64,000 bases of DNA from an uncultured Gemmatimonadales bacterium (GCA_963716255.1 OY970303.1:960001-1024000), one strand, 5' to 3'. Counted from the stretch's first letter, positions 1 through 10,338 are shown. Made by a program: numbers and translations. Notes: generated from the sequence alone by a model not told the origin.

Positions 1-3
1 CCC

Positions 4-1089
4 GTGGACCTCAAGTCGCGCATCTTCACGCGGCTGGCGCGCGCCAGCCCCCGCGAGCGGCTGCTGGCGATGGGACGCTCCGGCGGGGTGCCTCCGGCCC
101 GCATCGCCCAGCAGCTCCGCCTGCGCGACGCGGTGCTGGACGCCGACCCCGCGGCACGCGTGGTGATGGACCTGGACGGCACGGTGACCTTCGCCAACAA
201 GGCCGCCCGCCGCCTCTTCGGGCTCGCCGCGGCGGACGTGGGGCGCCCGCTCCAGGACCTCACCCTCTCGTACCGGCCGGTGGAGCTGCGCGCCCCCATC
301 GAGCGGGCGTACTCCGAGCGCCAGGCGGTGCAGATCGGCGCGGTGGAGCACCCGGGACCGGACGGTGACCTGCGCACTCTGGACGTGTACGTCACACCCC
401 TCTTCGGCGAGCAGCGCATGCTGGGGGTGAGCGTCACCTTCGCCGACGTCACCGCCTACCAGCGCCTCCAGGCCGCGCTCCAGGAGGCCAACCAGGAGCT
501 GGAGACCGCCTTCGAGGAGCTCCAGAGCACCAACGAGGAGCTGGAAACCACCAACGAGGAGCTGCAGAGCACCATCGAGGAGCTGGAGACCACCAACGAG
601 GAGCTCCAGAGCACCAACGAGGAGCTGGAGACCGTGAACGAGGAGCTCCAGAGCACCAACGAGGAGCTGGAGACCCTCAACAACGAGCTGCACCGGCGCA
701 CCACCGAGCTGAACGCCACCAACGCGTACGTTGGCTCCATCCTGGGGAGCCTGCGCATGGCCGTCGCCGTGCTGGACCGCGCCTCGGACGTGCGCATCTG
801 GAACGCGCAGGCCGAGGAGATGTGGGGGATGCGCGCCGGCGAGGTGGAGGGGCAGGCCTTCCAGAACCTGGACATCGGGCTCCCCGTGGAGCGGCTCAAG
901 GCCCCCATCCGCGCCTGCATCGAGGAGCGTTCCGCCGCCGAGGAGCTGGTGCTGGACGCGGTGAACCGCCGCGGCCGGAGCCTCCGCTGCCACGTCACCT
1001 GCGCCCCGCTCGTCACCGCCGAGTGCGAGGTGCTGGGCGCCGTGGTGCTCATGGAGGAGTGGCGGGACGGGCCCGCGGAGCCGGCCTGA
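4..1089 (+). CDS. C-terminal part of a CheR-type methyltransferase/PAS sensor protein (5'-truncated by window edge)
   Basis: Two PAS-like domains separated by the (E)ELQSTNEELETTN heptad coiled coil typical of CheB/CheR-PAS proteins; begins with 'DLKSRIF', like the end of a CheR domain. Confidence 0.75.
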   Translation: MDLKSRIFTRLARASPRERLLAMGRSGGVPPARIAQQLRLRDAVLDADPAARVVMDLDGTVTFANKAARRLFGLAAADVGRPLQDLTLSYRPVELRAPIERAYSERQAVQIGAVEHPGPDGDLRTLDVYVTPLFGEQRMLGVSVTFADVTAYQRLQAALQEANQELETAFEELQSTNEELETTNEELQSTIEELETTNEELQSTNEELETVNEELQSTNEELETLNNELHRRTTELNATNAYVGSILGSLRMAVAVLDRASDVRIWNAQAEEMWGMRAGEVEGQAFQNLDIGLPVERLKAPIRACIEERSAAEELVLDAVNRRGRSLRCHVTCAPLVTAECEVLGAVVLMEEWRDGPAEPA

Positions 1090-1157
1090 GCCGCGGCTCG
1101 GGGCTTGCACCTGTCCACGACCCGGGTCCTCTTCCTCCCCAACGCGGCAAGCGCGGC

Positions 1158-4100
1158 ATGAACGCCGAAGACATCGTCCACCGCCACATCAGCGCGGCCC
1201 GCAGCCGCATCGACCTGCTGCAGCGCCGGGGGGGCTCCGCCCCGCCGGAAGCCCACCCGTTCGTGGACGAGGCGATCCACGAGCTGCAGACGGCGCTGGA
1301 GGAGCTGCAGGTCAGCGAGGAGGAGCTGCGCCAGCAGAACGAGACGATCGCCGAGTCGCGCGAGGCACTGGAGGGCGAGCGGCAACGCTACCGCGACCTC
1401 TTCCACTTCGCGCCCGACGCGTACCTGGCGACCGACGGCGATGGAGTGATCCGCGAGGCCAACCAGGCCGCCGCCTCGCTGCTGGGCGTGCGCGAGAGCG
1501 GGCTGGCCGGCAAGCCGCTCGCGGTGTTCGTGGACGCGCGCGCACGGCGAGACTTCCGGCAGCGGCTGGCGCGCCTCCCGGCCGAGGGGCGCACCGACGA
1601 CTGGGAGCTGCACCTGCACCCCCGGCGCGGCGGGCCGGTGGACGTGTCGTGCAGCGTCGCCGCCGTCCACGGACGGGGGGATACGGCGGCCGGGCTGCGC
1701 TGGCTGCTCCGCGACGTCACCGAGCGCAGGCGGGCCGAGGAGGGTGCGCGGCGTCTGGAGTCGGAGAGCGCCGCCCGCGCCGAGGCGGACGCGGCGCGGG
1801 AGCGGGTGGAGGCGGTGCTGGAAAGCATCGCGGACGGCTTCCTGGCGCTGGACGCCGGGTGGCGGCTCACCTACGTCAACCGCGCCGCCGAGTTCCTGCT
1901 GCACTGCGACCGCGCCGAGGTGCTGGGGCAGGACGTGCGCGACCTCTTCCCGGAGGAGGCGCACCCCGCCCTGTTCGCCGGGCTGCGCCGGGCGGCCGAG
2001 GGGCGCGACGCGGCCGAGCTGGAGGAGTTCCACCCCCGCCTGGCCTCGTGGCTGGAGTTCCGCGTCTTCCCCTCCCCGGATGGCCTCACCCTGCACGTCC
2101 GCGACGTCACCGAGCAGAAGGCCACCCGCGAGGAGCTGCGCGCCAGCGAGGAGCGGCTGCGCCTGGCCCTCCAGGCCGCCGGCCTGGCGCCCTGGGACTG
2201 GGACCTGCGCAGCGGCGTGGTGCTGTGGAACCCCGAGCACAACGCCCTGATGGGGCTCCCCCCCGAGCAGCTGCGGGGGAGCTACCGGGCCTTCATGGAC
2301 CGCGTGCACCCCGAGGACCGGGTCGCCGTGTCCGCCGCCATCGCCCGCACCACCGGCGGCGGCGAGGACTACCGCGCCGAGTTCCGGGCCGTGCACCCCG
2401 GCGGCGAGGTCCGCTGGATCGCCGGCTACGGACGCCCCCTCCCCGGCCCCGACGGCCGCCCGGCGCGCCTGATCGGGGTGATCCGCGACGTCACCGCCGA
2501 GAAGGAGGCCGTGCAGGAGCGCGAGCGCCTGCACGCCGCGGTGGAGGCCGAGCGCGCCCGGCTCCAGGCCATGATGGAGCAGATGCCCGCAGGCGTCATC
2601 CTGGCCGAGGCGCCCACCGGCGCCATGGTCGCCATCAACCGCCGCGCGGTGGAGGTCCTGGGGCCCGTGCCGCTCTCCGGCTCGGTGGAGGAATACAGCC
2701 GCGACTTCCGCGGCTTCCACCCCGACGGCCGCCCCATGACGCCCGGGGACTGGCCGCTGGCGCGGGCCATCCGCCGCGGCGAGCGCGTGGCCGACCAGGA
2801 GATCCACATGCGCTCCCCCGGCGGCGGCGAGCGGGTGGTGGTGGCCAGCGCCGCCCCGGTGCGCGACGCCGCCGGGACGGTGGTGGCCGGGGTGCTCGCC
2901 TTCCACGACGTCACCGAGCAGCGCAGGCGCGAGGAGACCGACCGCTTCCTGGGCCGGGTGAGCGACATGCTCGCCTCGTCGCTGGACTACCGCACCACCG
3001 CCCAGAGCATCGCCTCGCTGTGTGCCGGTTCGCAGGCCGACTACTGCATCGTCCACGTGGAGGAGCAGGGGCAGGTGCACGCGCTGGGCACCGCCCACGC
3101 CGACCCGGACCGCCAGGAGATCGCCGGCGGGCTGATGCGGCGCTTCCCCGTGGACCCGGAGGGGCACCACCCCGTGATGCGCACCCTGCGCACCGGCGAC
3201 GCCCAGCTGCTGGCGGAGGTGGACGACACGGTGCTGGCCGACATGTCCGCCGGCGCCGGGCACCTGGAGATGCTCCGCGGCCTGGGACTGTCCTCCATGC
3301 TGGTGGTGCCGCTCCAGGCGCGCGGGCGCACCCTGGGCGCCCTGACGCTGGCCCGCACCGCGTCCGCCCCCCGCTACGGCCCCGACGACGTGGAGCCGGC
3401 GCGCGAGCTGGCGCGCCGCGCCGCGCTGGCCGTGGACAACGCCCGCCTGTACGAGGAGGCGCGCCAGGCCGCCCGCGCCCGCGACGAGGTGCTGGCGGTG
3501 GTCTCGCACGACCTGCGCAACCCGCTTCACGCCGTGCTGCTGTCCGCCACCGTCCTGGAGGACTTCTCGTCCGCCCAGCCGTGGTCCGCGCGCGACCTCC
3601 AGCAGATCCGCGTCATCCGCCGCTCCGCCGAGCAGATGACCGGGCTGATCCAGGACCTGGTGGAGGTCATCGCCATGGAGACCGGGGCCCCCGCGCTCCA
3701 CCGCGAGCGGATCGCCGCCGCACCGCTGTCCGCGGGCGTCGCGGAGCTCTTCCAGGCCGGGGCCGACGAGAAGGGCGTGCGCCTGGAGTGCGAGTCCGAC
3801 CCCGGCCTCCCCCCGGTGGACGCCGACCGCGGCCGTCTGCTCCAGGTGTTCTCCAACCTGCTGGGCAACGCGCTCCGGTTCACCCCGCCCGGCGGCACCG
3901 TCACGCTGCGCGCCGTCCCCGGCAGCGGGTTCGTGCACTTTTCCGTGACCGACACCGGGCCCGGGATCTCCGCGGAGCACCTGGACCACGTCTTCGACCG
4001 CTTCTGGCGCGCCCGCCGGGAAGAGCGCGGGGGTCTGGGCCTTGGGCTCGCCATCGCCCGCGGCATCGTGGAGGCCCACGGCGGGCGCATCTGGGCCGAG

Positions 4101-4160
4101 AGCGTGATGGGCGAGGGGTCCACGTTCCACTTCACGGTTCCCGCGCTGTCCGTCGGCTGA
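1158..4160 (+). CDS. Multi-PAS/GAF sensor histidine kinase
   Basis: ATG at 1158 (MNAEDIV); several PAS repeats, GAF, H-box VSHDLRNPL, N-box QVFSNLLGNALRFT, G boxes DTGPGI and GLGLGLAI. Confidence 0.9.
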   Translation: MNAEDIVHRHISAARSRIDLLQRRGGSAPPEAHPFVDEAIHELQTALEELQVSEEELRQQNETIAESREALEGERQRYRDLFHFAPDAYLATDGDGVIREANQAAASLLGVRESGLAGKPLAVFVDARARRDFRQRLARLPAEGRTDDWELHLHPRRGGPVDVSCSVAAVHGRGDTAAGLRWLLRDVTERRRAEEGARRLESESAARAEADAARERVEAVLESIADGFLALDAGWRLTYVNRAAEFLLHCDRAEVLGQDVRDLFPEEAHPALFAGLRRAAEGRDAAELEEFHPRLASWLEFRVFPSPDGLTLHVRDVTEQKATREELRASEERLRLALQAAGLAPWDWDLRSGVVLWNPEHNALMGLPPEQLRGSYRAFMDRVHPEDRVAVSAAIARTTGGGEDYRAEFRAVHPGGEVRWIAGYGRPLPGPDGRPARLIGVIRDVTAEKEAVQERERLHAAVEAERARLQAMMEQMPAGVILAEAPTGAMVAINRRAVEVLGPVPLSGSVEEYSRDFRGFHPDGRPMTPGDWPLARAIRRGERVADQEIHMRSPGGGERVVVASAAPVRDAAGTVVAGVLAFHDVTEQRRREETDRFLGRVSDMLASSLDYRTTAQSIASLCAGSQADYCIVHVEEQGQVHALGTAHADPDRQEIAGGLMRRFPVDPEGHHPVMRTLRTGDAQLLAEVDDTVLADMSAGAGHLEMLRGLGLSSMLVVPLQARGRTLGALTLARTASAPRYGPDDVEPARELARRAALAVDNARLYEEARQAARARDEVLAVVSHDLRNPLHAVLLSATVLEDFSSAQPWSARDLQQIRVIRRSAEQMTGLIQDLVEVIAMETGAPALHRERIAAAPLSAGVAELFQAGADEKGVRLECESDPGLPPVDADRGRLLQVFSNLLGNALRFTPPGGTVTLRAVPGSGFVHFSVTDTGPGISAEHLDHVFDRFWRARREERGGLGLGLAIARGIVEAHGGRIWAESVMGEGSTFHFTVPALSVG

Positions 4161-4185
4161 ACGGCTTAACCTGACCGGCGGGTTC

Positions 4186-4314
4186 GGGCGTGCCCCCGGC
4201 TGGCGCCGGGGTCGGGCTTCGGCTCCGTAACGCAGCAAACAACGCGGGCTAACGGAGTCGAGCCCCGCGAAACTGCCCGCGGGTCTCGCCCCTTCGGGCC
4301 GGAATCCCTCACGC
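4186..4314 (+). repeat. Dispersed ~130-bp multi-hairpin repeat, copy 1 (mosaic stem)
   Basis: GGGCGTGCCCCCGGCTGGCGCCGGGGTCGGGCTTCGGCTCCGTA...ACGGAGTCGAGCCC...TCTCGCCCCTTCGGGCCG..ATCCCTCACGC; 11 copies in the window. Confidence 0.95.
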
Positions 4315-4596
4315 GGGGTTTGCGCTGGCGTCCGCTGGGAGCCCCCACCCGGCTCGCTTGAGGCTCGCACGGCTTGCCCCCTATCAGGTTGCTGAAAAAG
4401 TCGCCGCCGCGAAATTAGCCATCTGTTTCCGAGCAGAGCGGTTCAGAATCTTCAGCTTTTCGGGTCGAAAGTGCTCAGAGTGGCGTACGACTGCCCCCTG
4501 CAACTGAAGATTTCGGAAGTATGTACTTGACGCACAATAGCTAGGGGATTAGATTAGAGCAGTGAGTTAAGCGGTCCACCTGCTCCGGTCCGAACG

Positions 4597-5577
4597 ATGC
4601 CCCGTAACGGTTCACACATCCCGGTTGCCGAAGGCAAGAGCGACATTCTCCGCGCGCTCCCAAAGGCGTGCTCGGATGAAAACGCGGCGGTGGAGTTCCT
4701 TGAGGCGCAGCGTTGGGGCGACTGCCCCGCGTGCCCCCGGTGCGGGGACACCGATGTCCGCATGATGCGCGACAAGGACGGGAACCGCAACGCGCGCTAC
4801 CTGTGGCGCTGCTACGGCTGCAAGGGCCGCCAGTTCACCGTGCGCGTGGGCACGGTCATGGAGGACAGCCCGATCCCGCTCCGCGTGTGGTGCTTCGCCT
4901 TCTGGCAGATCAGCGCCGGCAAGAAGGGCGTGAGCGCCATGCAGATTCACCGGCAGACCGGCCTTTCGTACAAGTCGGCCCTGCTGATGATGCACCGTAT
5001 CCGGCTCGCGATGGAGGACAAGAGCCCGTCCCCGCTGGACGGCATCGTTGAAATGGACGAAACCTACGTCGGCGGGAAGCCCCGGAAGGGCGACGGCAAG
5101 GTCCACAAGCGCGGCCGGGGCACCAGCAAGCAGCCCGTTCTGGCGATGGTGGAGCGCAGCACCCCCACGCGGAAGGGGAAGGTTCGGACGCGGGTGGTCG
5201 CGGACGTGCGCGCGGACAACCTGCGGGCCGCCCTTGAGGAGTGCGTTGCTCCCTCGGCAACCATCGTGACGGACGACTACCGCGCCTATCCGAAGGCGAC
5301 CAAGGGGTATGCGGACCACCGCAGCGTGACGCACTCCGCGGGCGAGTATGCGCGCGAGGACGCGGACGGCTTCAACGTCCACAGCAACACCGTCGAGGGC
5401 GTGTTCTCGCTGCTGAAGCGCGGGATCTACGGCATCTATCACAACGTGAGCCGCAAGCACCTGCATCGGTACTGCACGGAGTTTGAGTTCCGCTACAACA
5501 CGCGGGACATGGAGGACGGCGGGCGCATCGCTGCCGCGATCCGCGGGATGGAAGGGAAGCGGCTCCGGCTCGCGTAG
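4597..5577 (+). CDS. IS1595-family DDE transposase
   Basis: N-terminal Zn ribbon (CPRC...CYGC), HTH, EMDETYVGG, TDDY, HSNTVEGVFSLLKRG, and HLHRYCTEFEFRYN motifs. Confidence 0.95.
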   Translation: MPRNGSHIPVAEGKSDILRALPKACSDENAAVEFLEAQRWGDCPACPRCGDTDVRMMRDKDGNRNARYLWRCYGCKGRQFTVRVGTVMEDSPIPLRVWCFAFWQISAGKKGVSAMQIHRQTGLSYKSALLMMHRIRLAMEDKSPSPLDGIVEMDETYVGGKPRKGDGKVHKRGRGTSKQPVLAMVERSTPTRKGKVRTRVVADVRADNLRAALEECVAPSATIVTDDYRAYPKATKGYADHRSVTHSAGEYAREDADGFNVHSNTVEGVFSLLKRGIYGIYHNVSRKHLHRYCTEFEFRYNTRDMEDGGRIAAAIRGMEGKRLRLA

Positions 5578-5619
5578 GGACGTAGGGAGGAGAGTACAGC
5601 GCAGAAGCGCCCGCAGAGA

Positions 5620-5655
5620 CAAGGGGCGGCGGCTCGACTGAGCCGCCGCCCCTTG
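5620..5655. terminator. Perfect 16-bp stem hairpin after the transposase
   Basis: CAAGGGGCGGCGGCTC-GACT-GAGCCGCCGCCCCTTG. Confidence 0.6.
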
Positions 5656-5762
5656 CGCTTTCCTATGAAGGTACTTGTGGACTCCCCCCAATCCCGCCAT
5701 CATTAAGCGCAAGAGGGAGGAACGCAGCTCCCCGTCGGCATCTAATAGCCATCTACTGTCGA

Positions 5763-7910
5763 ATGAGCGAAGAGCTTAGAAAGCTTGGATTTCTGAAGCA
5801 CGGCCGGAAGGTCGGACCATACCAGTACTACCGGATTGGGGATACCACCGTTAACCAGCTCCGGCAGGCTAAGGTAATCCCCGACCGGCCGTATACGGGT
5901 TACGTGTCGCGCCAGCCGGACGGGCTCTTGGTGGACCGGAGGGACCCCGCAAATCCCAAGGTGATTGCGGTCATCGAAGACAAGGACCTGGGGAAGTTCA
6001 CCAGCGACGGAGACCGCCGGAAGGCGCTCCAGCAGTGCAACGACCTGTGCCAGGTGCTAGGCGCGGAAATCGGCATTGCCACCGATCAGTCGGAATGGCT
6101 CTGGATCAATCCGAACGAGCCCAACCCCGCGAACGAGTATACCGACCCGGCAGGGGTCCGGCGGAGCTATACAGAGATTTCGACCGGCGACGGGAGCCCC
6201 TTCCGCAATCCGTTCAAGATCGACCAGCCGACAGACGAAATTGAAGTCTCAAAGCTGACGGAAACGGCCCAAAAAACGCTTGAGTCTATCAACGCGGTTC
6301 GGGCGGCAATCGGCCCCAAGACTTCCCGGCTGGGGAGTGAGCCGGTCACCGATCCGTCCAAGCTGGCGCGCCAGATTTGGCAGGACGTTTGGTCCGTGGT
6401 TGGGGCCACGCCGGAAAAGTGCCTCTACACGTTCGTGGAGCTGTTCATCTTCAAGTACCTGAGCGACCTGGGAATCCTCACGATTGACGACAAGGGCAAT
6501 CGGGTCTCGTTCGACCATATCTACGGACTAGACCCGGAACTGGCGTTTAGAAACTACAGTGCGAATGTCCGACCCTGGTTGAAGAAGATGTTTCCAGAGT
6601 CGGCAGAAGACGGGACGACGATCATCAACGGTACGGTACTCAACAAGGACGTGCCGGAGCACGGCCGCGTCTTCTACAAGCTGTTGAAGCGGTTCGCGGA
6701 CTTCGGCGAGTTGCGGAACATCGATCCGCGGTTCAAGTCCAAGATTTTCGAAGACTTCATGAAGGAGAGTATCAGCGAAAAGAACCTGGGACAGTTCTTC
6801 ACCCCCCGAAACATCGTTGATGCTGTCGTGCGAATGTCGGATATCGACACCCTGCCGGAAGGGGCCAAAGTGTGCGATCCGGCATGTGGAGTCGGCGGCT
6901 TCATCTTGGAGCCGATGAAGACACACGGGGACGGGGTTCCGTACTACTACAAGGTCACCGGTCGGAAGATCAAGCCGCGGCTGGAGTTCACCGGGTTCGA
7001 CAAGGGTTTCGAGAAGGAAGAACAGCTTACGATCATCCTCGCGAAAGCGAACATGCTGATCTTCGTCTCGGAGCTGTTGAAGGCGAACGGAGCGATTTCC
7101 GAGGAATTTGCACGACTCTTCAACTCAACCTTCCACCTACTAAACCGTAGCATTCTCGGCACTTTGGCCCGGATTGAAGACGCGGACAAGTACGACCTGA
7201 TTTTAACGAATCCGCCCTATGTGACCAGCGGGAGCAGCAACTACAAAGAAGCGATCCGCAACGACGCCAGCCTGCGCGATTTCTACCAAGTGAGCGGGCT
7301 GGGTGTCGAGAGCCTGTTCCTTGAATGGATCGTGCGGTGCATCAAGCCCGGCCGGAAGGCGTTTGTCATCATCCCGGATGGGATCGTGAACCGCCTGAAT
7401 GAGCACCGGCTACGCGCCTTCATTCAGGATGAGTGCATCATAGATGCGCTGGTCTCGCTTCCGGTGAATGCGTTCTACACCACGCCGAAGAAGACGTACA
7501 TCCTGGCGGTCACGAAAAAGACCGGCGCCACGTCTGCCGAGAGGCGCGCCCAAGTGCAGACCGACCCGGTCTTTACCTACCTCGTAAGCAACATCGGGGA
7601 AACGCTGGACGTGAACCGTTTCCCGATCCCCGAGAACGACTTGGGGGATATGGAGAGCGCCTTCAACCAGTTCAAGGGCGCGAAGCGCGCGTATGTGCCT
7701 GCTTCACCTCGCTGCAAGATCCAACCGTTCACCGAGTTCGACCCGAAACAGCATTGGTCGGTGGACCGCTGGTGGACGCGAGAGGAGAAAATCGCGCTCG
7801 GCATCGAAGAGGCCGAAGCGGTGATGAGCCTAGAAGAGTTCGTGGACCGGGTGAAGGAGACGGTTAGCCTGGTGGAAGGGCTCCGCGACGATTTGGCGAA
7901 GCTGGTATGA
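5763..7910 (+). CDS. Fused restriction endonuclease/N6-adenine methyltransferase (Type IIB/IIG-like RM subunit)
   Basis: GQFFTP, motif I DPACGVGGF and motif IV NPPY; N-terminal PD...E-x-K (PDGLL...VIEDK) nuclease-like motif. Confidence 0.8.
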   Translation: MSEELRKLGFLKHGRKVGPYQYYRIGDTTVNQLRQAKVIPDRPYTGYVSRQPDGLLVDRRDPANPKVIAVIEDKDLGKFTSDGDRRKALQQCNDLCQVLGAEIGIATDQSEWLWINPNEPNPANEYTDPAGVRRSYTEISTGDGSPFRNPFKIDQPTDEIEVSKLTETAQKTLESINAVRAAIGPKTSRLGSEPVTDPSKLARQIWQDVWSVVGATPEKCLYTFVELFIFKYLSDLGILTIDDKGNRVSFDHIYGLDPELAFRNYSANVRPWLKKMFPESAEDGTTIINGTVLNKDVPEHGRVFYKLLKRFADFGELRNIDPRFKSKIFEDFMKESISEKNLGQFFTPRNIVDAVVRMSDIDTLPEGAKVCDPACGVGGFILEPMKTHGDGVPYYYKVTGRKIKPRLEFTGFDKGFEKEEQLTIILAKANMLIFVSELLKANGAISEEFARLFNSTFHLLNRSILGTLARIEDADKYDLILTNPPYVTSGSSNYKEAIRNDASLRDFYQVSGLGVESLFLEWIVRCIKPGRKAFVIIPDGIVNRLNEHRLRAFIQDECIIDALVSLPVNAFYTTPKKTYILAVTKKTGATSAERRAQVQTDPVFTYLVSNIGETLDVNRFPIPENDLGDMESAFNQFKGAKRAYVPASPRCKIQPFTEFDPKQHWSVDRWWTREEKIALGIEEAEAVMSLEEFVDRVKETVSLVEGLRDDLAKLV

Positions 7911-9001
7911 AAGCGGACTTCTCCCTGCACGACCGGCGCTACTTCCAACTTGGGATTGGAAAGCGCCGCCTGAAGGTAGAAATCTTCGGAGCTACCGAAG
8001 GTATCCCCCTCTACAGCGCGAACGCGTTAAAGCCGTTCGGCTACGTGCGCGAATCCAACGTTACGGACTTCGGGCACGATTACGTACTGTGGGGCATTGA
8101 CGGGGATTTCATGTTCAACGCGATCCCCAAGGGCACCGAGTTCGCGACGACGGACCACTGCGGCACAATCAAGATCCTACACCCCGCGATCATCCCTGAA
8201 TACCTGCTCTATCAACTGGAGCTACAGGGGCACGCGCTTGGGTTTGATCGGGGCCTTCGGGCGTCGCTGGCGAACATGAGCCGGGTTACAGTCCGACTCC
8301 CCGTGAAGCCAGACGGCACAATCGACCGGGACGCACAAACGGCACTCGTTGAAAAGTACCTCGCCGTGAAGCGCCTGAAGGCCCGCTTGCAGGAAGAGGC
8401 TGAATCGCTCTCGCGGCTGATCGTGGACGTGCCGCAGCCCGGCGAGTACCTGACGGTCCGGCTGGAAGAGCTATTCGACCTGAAACAGAAAACGAACCGG
8501 AGCGACTTCACCAAGCGTTACGTGAATGAGCGACCCGGGCCGATCCCCGTTTACAGCGCGTCCGGGGATGAAGAGCGCGCCGGGTATGGGTACGTTGCCG
8601 ACAACCTGCCAGGGATCAAGTACTTTCAGAACATCCTGACTTGGAATATCGACGGGTCCAAGTTCCGCGCGTTCTATCGCGAGGGGCGGTTCAGCCTTTC
8701 GGAGAAAGTGATTCCGCTGGTACTGCGGCCGGAATGGGAAGGGCTGGTTGACTACAACTACATTCGGCATATCATCGACCGGAAAGCAGTCGAGGCGGGG
8801 GCCGCGTATCAGAACAAGCCGGGGAAGGGGCGCATCAAGGATCTGGAACTAGAGATTCCCGCCCGGCGGGAGGACGGGGCCCTGGTGCCTGATCTGGACG
8901 GCCAGCGTGCGCTCGCGGAGCGGTATCGGTCCATCTACACGACCCAAGCCCGGCTCGTGGACGCACTCAAGGAACTGGCGGCCACGTACGTTGACGTGTG
9001 A
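7907..9001 (+). CDS. R-M specificity subunit (HsdS-like, two TRD halves)
   Basis: ATGA overlap with the methylase; internal duplication (IPLYSA...WGIDG and IPVYSA...WNIDG), each half followed by a helical Q.ALV/AE.Y segment. Confidence 0.8.
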   Translation: MKADFSLHDRRYFQLGIGKRRLKVEIFGATEGIPLYSANALKPFGYVRESNVTDFGHDYVLWGIDGDFMFNAIPKGTEFATTDHCGTIKILHPAIIPEYLLYQLELQGHALGFDRGLRASLANMSRVTVRLPVKPDGTIDRDAQTALVEKYLAVKRLKARLQEEAESLSRLIVDVPQPGEYLTVRLEELFDLKQKTNRSDFTKRYVNERPGPIPVYSASGDEERAGYGYVADNLPGIKYFQNILTWNIDGSKFRAFYREGRFSLSEKVIPLVLRPEWEGLVDYNYIRHIIDRKAVEAGAAYQNKPGKGRIKDLELEIPARREDGALVPDLDGQRALAERYRSIYTTQARLVDALKELAATYVDV

Positions 9002-9076
9002 CCGGGGACGTTGACCGCATTGTGCACAGTCTACAAGTTAGAGTGTGGACAGTCCTTCCCCGCGCCAGAAAGGCCC

Positions 9077-9271
9077 ATGCGAGAGAGCGCAAGCGAGCCG
9101 TACGGCAAGCGAGCCGCCCCGGTGAACGACCGCGAGCCGGACCCCCGGGAACGGCTCCTCAAGTCGGATCTGTCGTTTGAGGATCTGACCCGCTCCATCC
9201 TCAACAAGAAGCCCCCGCCCGGCGGGTGGACCGACCGGGAGGGGGCTGGCGAGGGAGAGCCGGAGCGGTAG
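9077..9271 (+). CDS. Small hypothetical protein (64 aa) inside the transposon
   Basis: ATG at 9077; protein-like core ERLLKSDLSFEDLTRSILNK. Confidence 0.4.
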   Translation: MRESASEPYGKRAAPVNDREPDPRERLLKSDLSFEDLTRSILNKKPPPGGWTDREGAGEGEPER

Positions 9272-9275
9272 CGCC

Positions 9276-9860
9276 CTACTTGGGCTCCTCTCCTGCTCCG
9301 TAGGTCACGCGGTGCACGCGGTGCGGGGGATAGTAGGTGTCCCCGTTCCACACTCCCCGCCCCGCCGCCATCTCTTCAACCACGGCGCGGGGCTCGCCGG
9401 GGAACGGCTGCTCCGCGAGCAACAGCCGCTCCCCGCGTGTGAACTCCACCACGGCGAACGGGGCGCGCCTGCGGTCCGTCTCCTCTTCATACGCCCGGAG
9501 TGCTTCGGGTAGCATCGTGAGCCAGGACGGCACCGGCATGGCCGCTTGGGCGTAGACGCGCCCCACGTCCTCTACAAGCATCTGTCTCACCTGCTCCCGG
9601 ATTGCGGGGGCGACATGGCGCAGCAACAGTTCCAGGAGCACCGGCGCGGTTTGTAGCTGGACCTGCTTCTGCTGCGCTGCCTCCCGCCCGTACCACTCGC
9701 GGATCTTCGTCCACGTCGCTTCATGGAGCGGCTTTCCGAGCGCGACGTTCCGCGCCCCCATCGGGCTTAACCCGACCTGTCGCGCGACCGGCCGCGTTCC
9801 CTGCTTCTCTATCGCCAGCGCCAGCGCCGCGCGCAGCTCGGCTTGCTCGGGTGTGTCCAT
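9276..9860 (-). CDS. Hypothetical protein with N-terminal HTH-like domain
   Basis: GTRPVARQVGLSPMGARNV...PLHEATWTKIREWY resembles an HTH; similar to the divergent neighbour. Confidence 0.6.
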   Translation of the reverse strand: MDTPEQAELRAALALAIEKQGTRPVARQVGLSPMGARNVALGKPLHEATWTKIREWYGREAAQQKQVQLQTAPVLLELLLRHVAPAIREQVRQMLVEDVGRVYAQAAMPVPSWLTMLPEALRAYEEETDRRRAPFAVVEFTRGERLLLAEQPFPGEPRAVVEEMAAGRGVWNGDTYYPPHRVHRVTYGAGEEPK

Positions 9861-9972
9861 CTTGTCTACCTTGTTGCAGGGCCGTGGCGTGCCGGATAGC
9901 TTGTCCAGTGTACCCTACTGAGAATCGAACGCTTCGAACGGTGCAGCATACACCGTTCCGGCCGGGCGGTCA

Positions 9973-10338
9973 ATGCCGTCCGGTAGCGGGGGTGTGCCTG
10001 TCGAGACGCTACGTGCCGCCGTCCGTGCCTATGCGGAGGACGTAGGCTTTCGCACGGCTGCTGAATCGGTGGGGATGTCCACGGGCGGGCTGCATGCCTT
10101 CATCGGCGGCACCACGCCGCACGAACGCACCGTCCGCAAGTTGCTGGCGTGGTACGCGGCGACAGCGGAGGACCGGGGCGAGGATCTGACGGCGGAGCTG
10201 GTGCGGACGGTGCTCGGGTCGCTGGTGCGGCACCTGCCGGAAGGGGAGAGGGACGCGGCCATGCGGGGCATGCTCGCGGATCTACGAAAGCGGACCGAAG
10301 CAGCGAAAGTGCCCGTCCCGAAGTGGCTCAAGAAGTAG
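9973..10338 (+). CDS. Small HTH-like protein
   Basis: GFRTAAESVGMSTGGLHAFIGGTTPHERTVRKLLAWY; followed by a hairpin at about 10337-10376. Confidence 0.6.
   Translation: MPSGSGGVPVETLRAAVRAYAEDVGFRTAAESVGMSTGGLHAFIGGTTPHERTVRKLLAWYAATAEDRGEDLTAELVRTVLGSLVRHLPEGERDAAMRGMLADLRKRTEAAKVPVPKWLKK

Noticed and set aside
490..690. 21-bp tandem repeats (GAGGAGCTGGAGACCACCAAC-like) resembling an array
   Set aside because: They encode the ELQSTNE/ELETTNE heptad coiled coil of a CheR-PAS protein; no unique spacers, so not CRISPR.
5763..9001. Classical Type I R-M system
   Set aside because: No HsdR helicase subunit within the TIR-bounded element or the window; the methylase has its own N-terminal nuclease-like motif.
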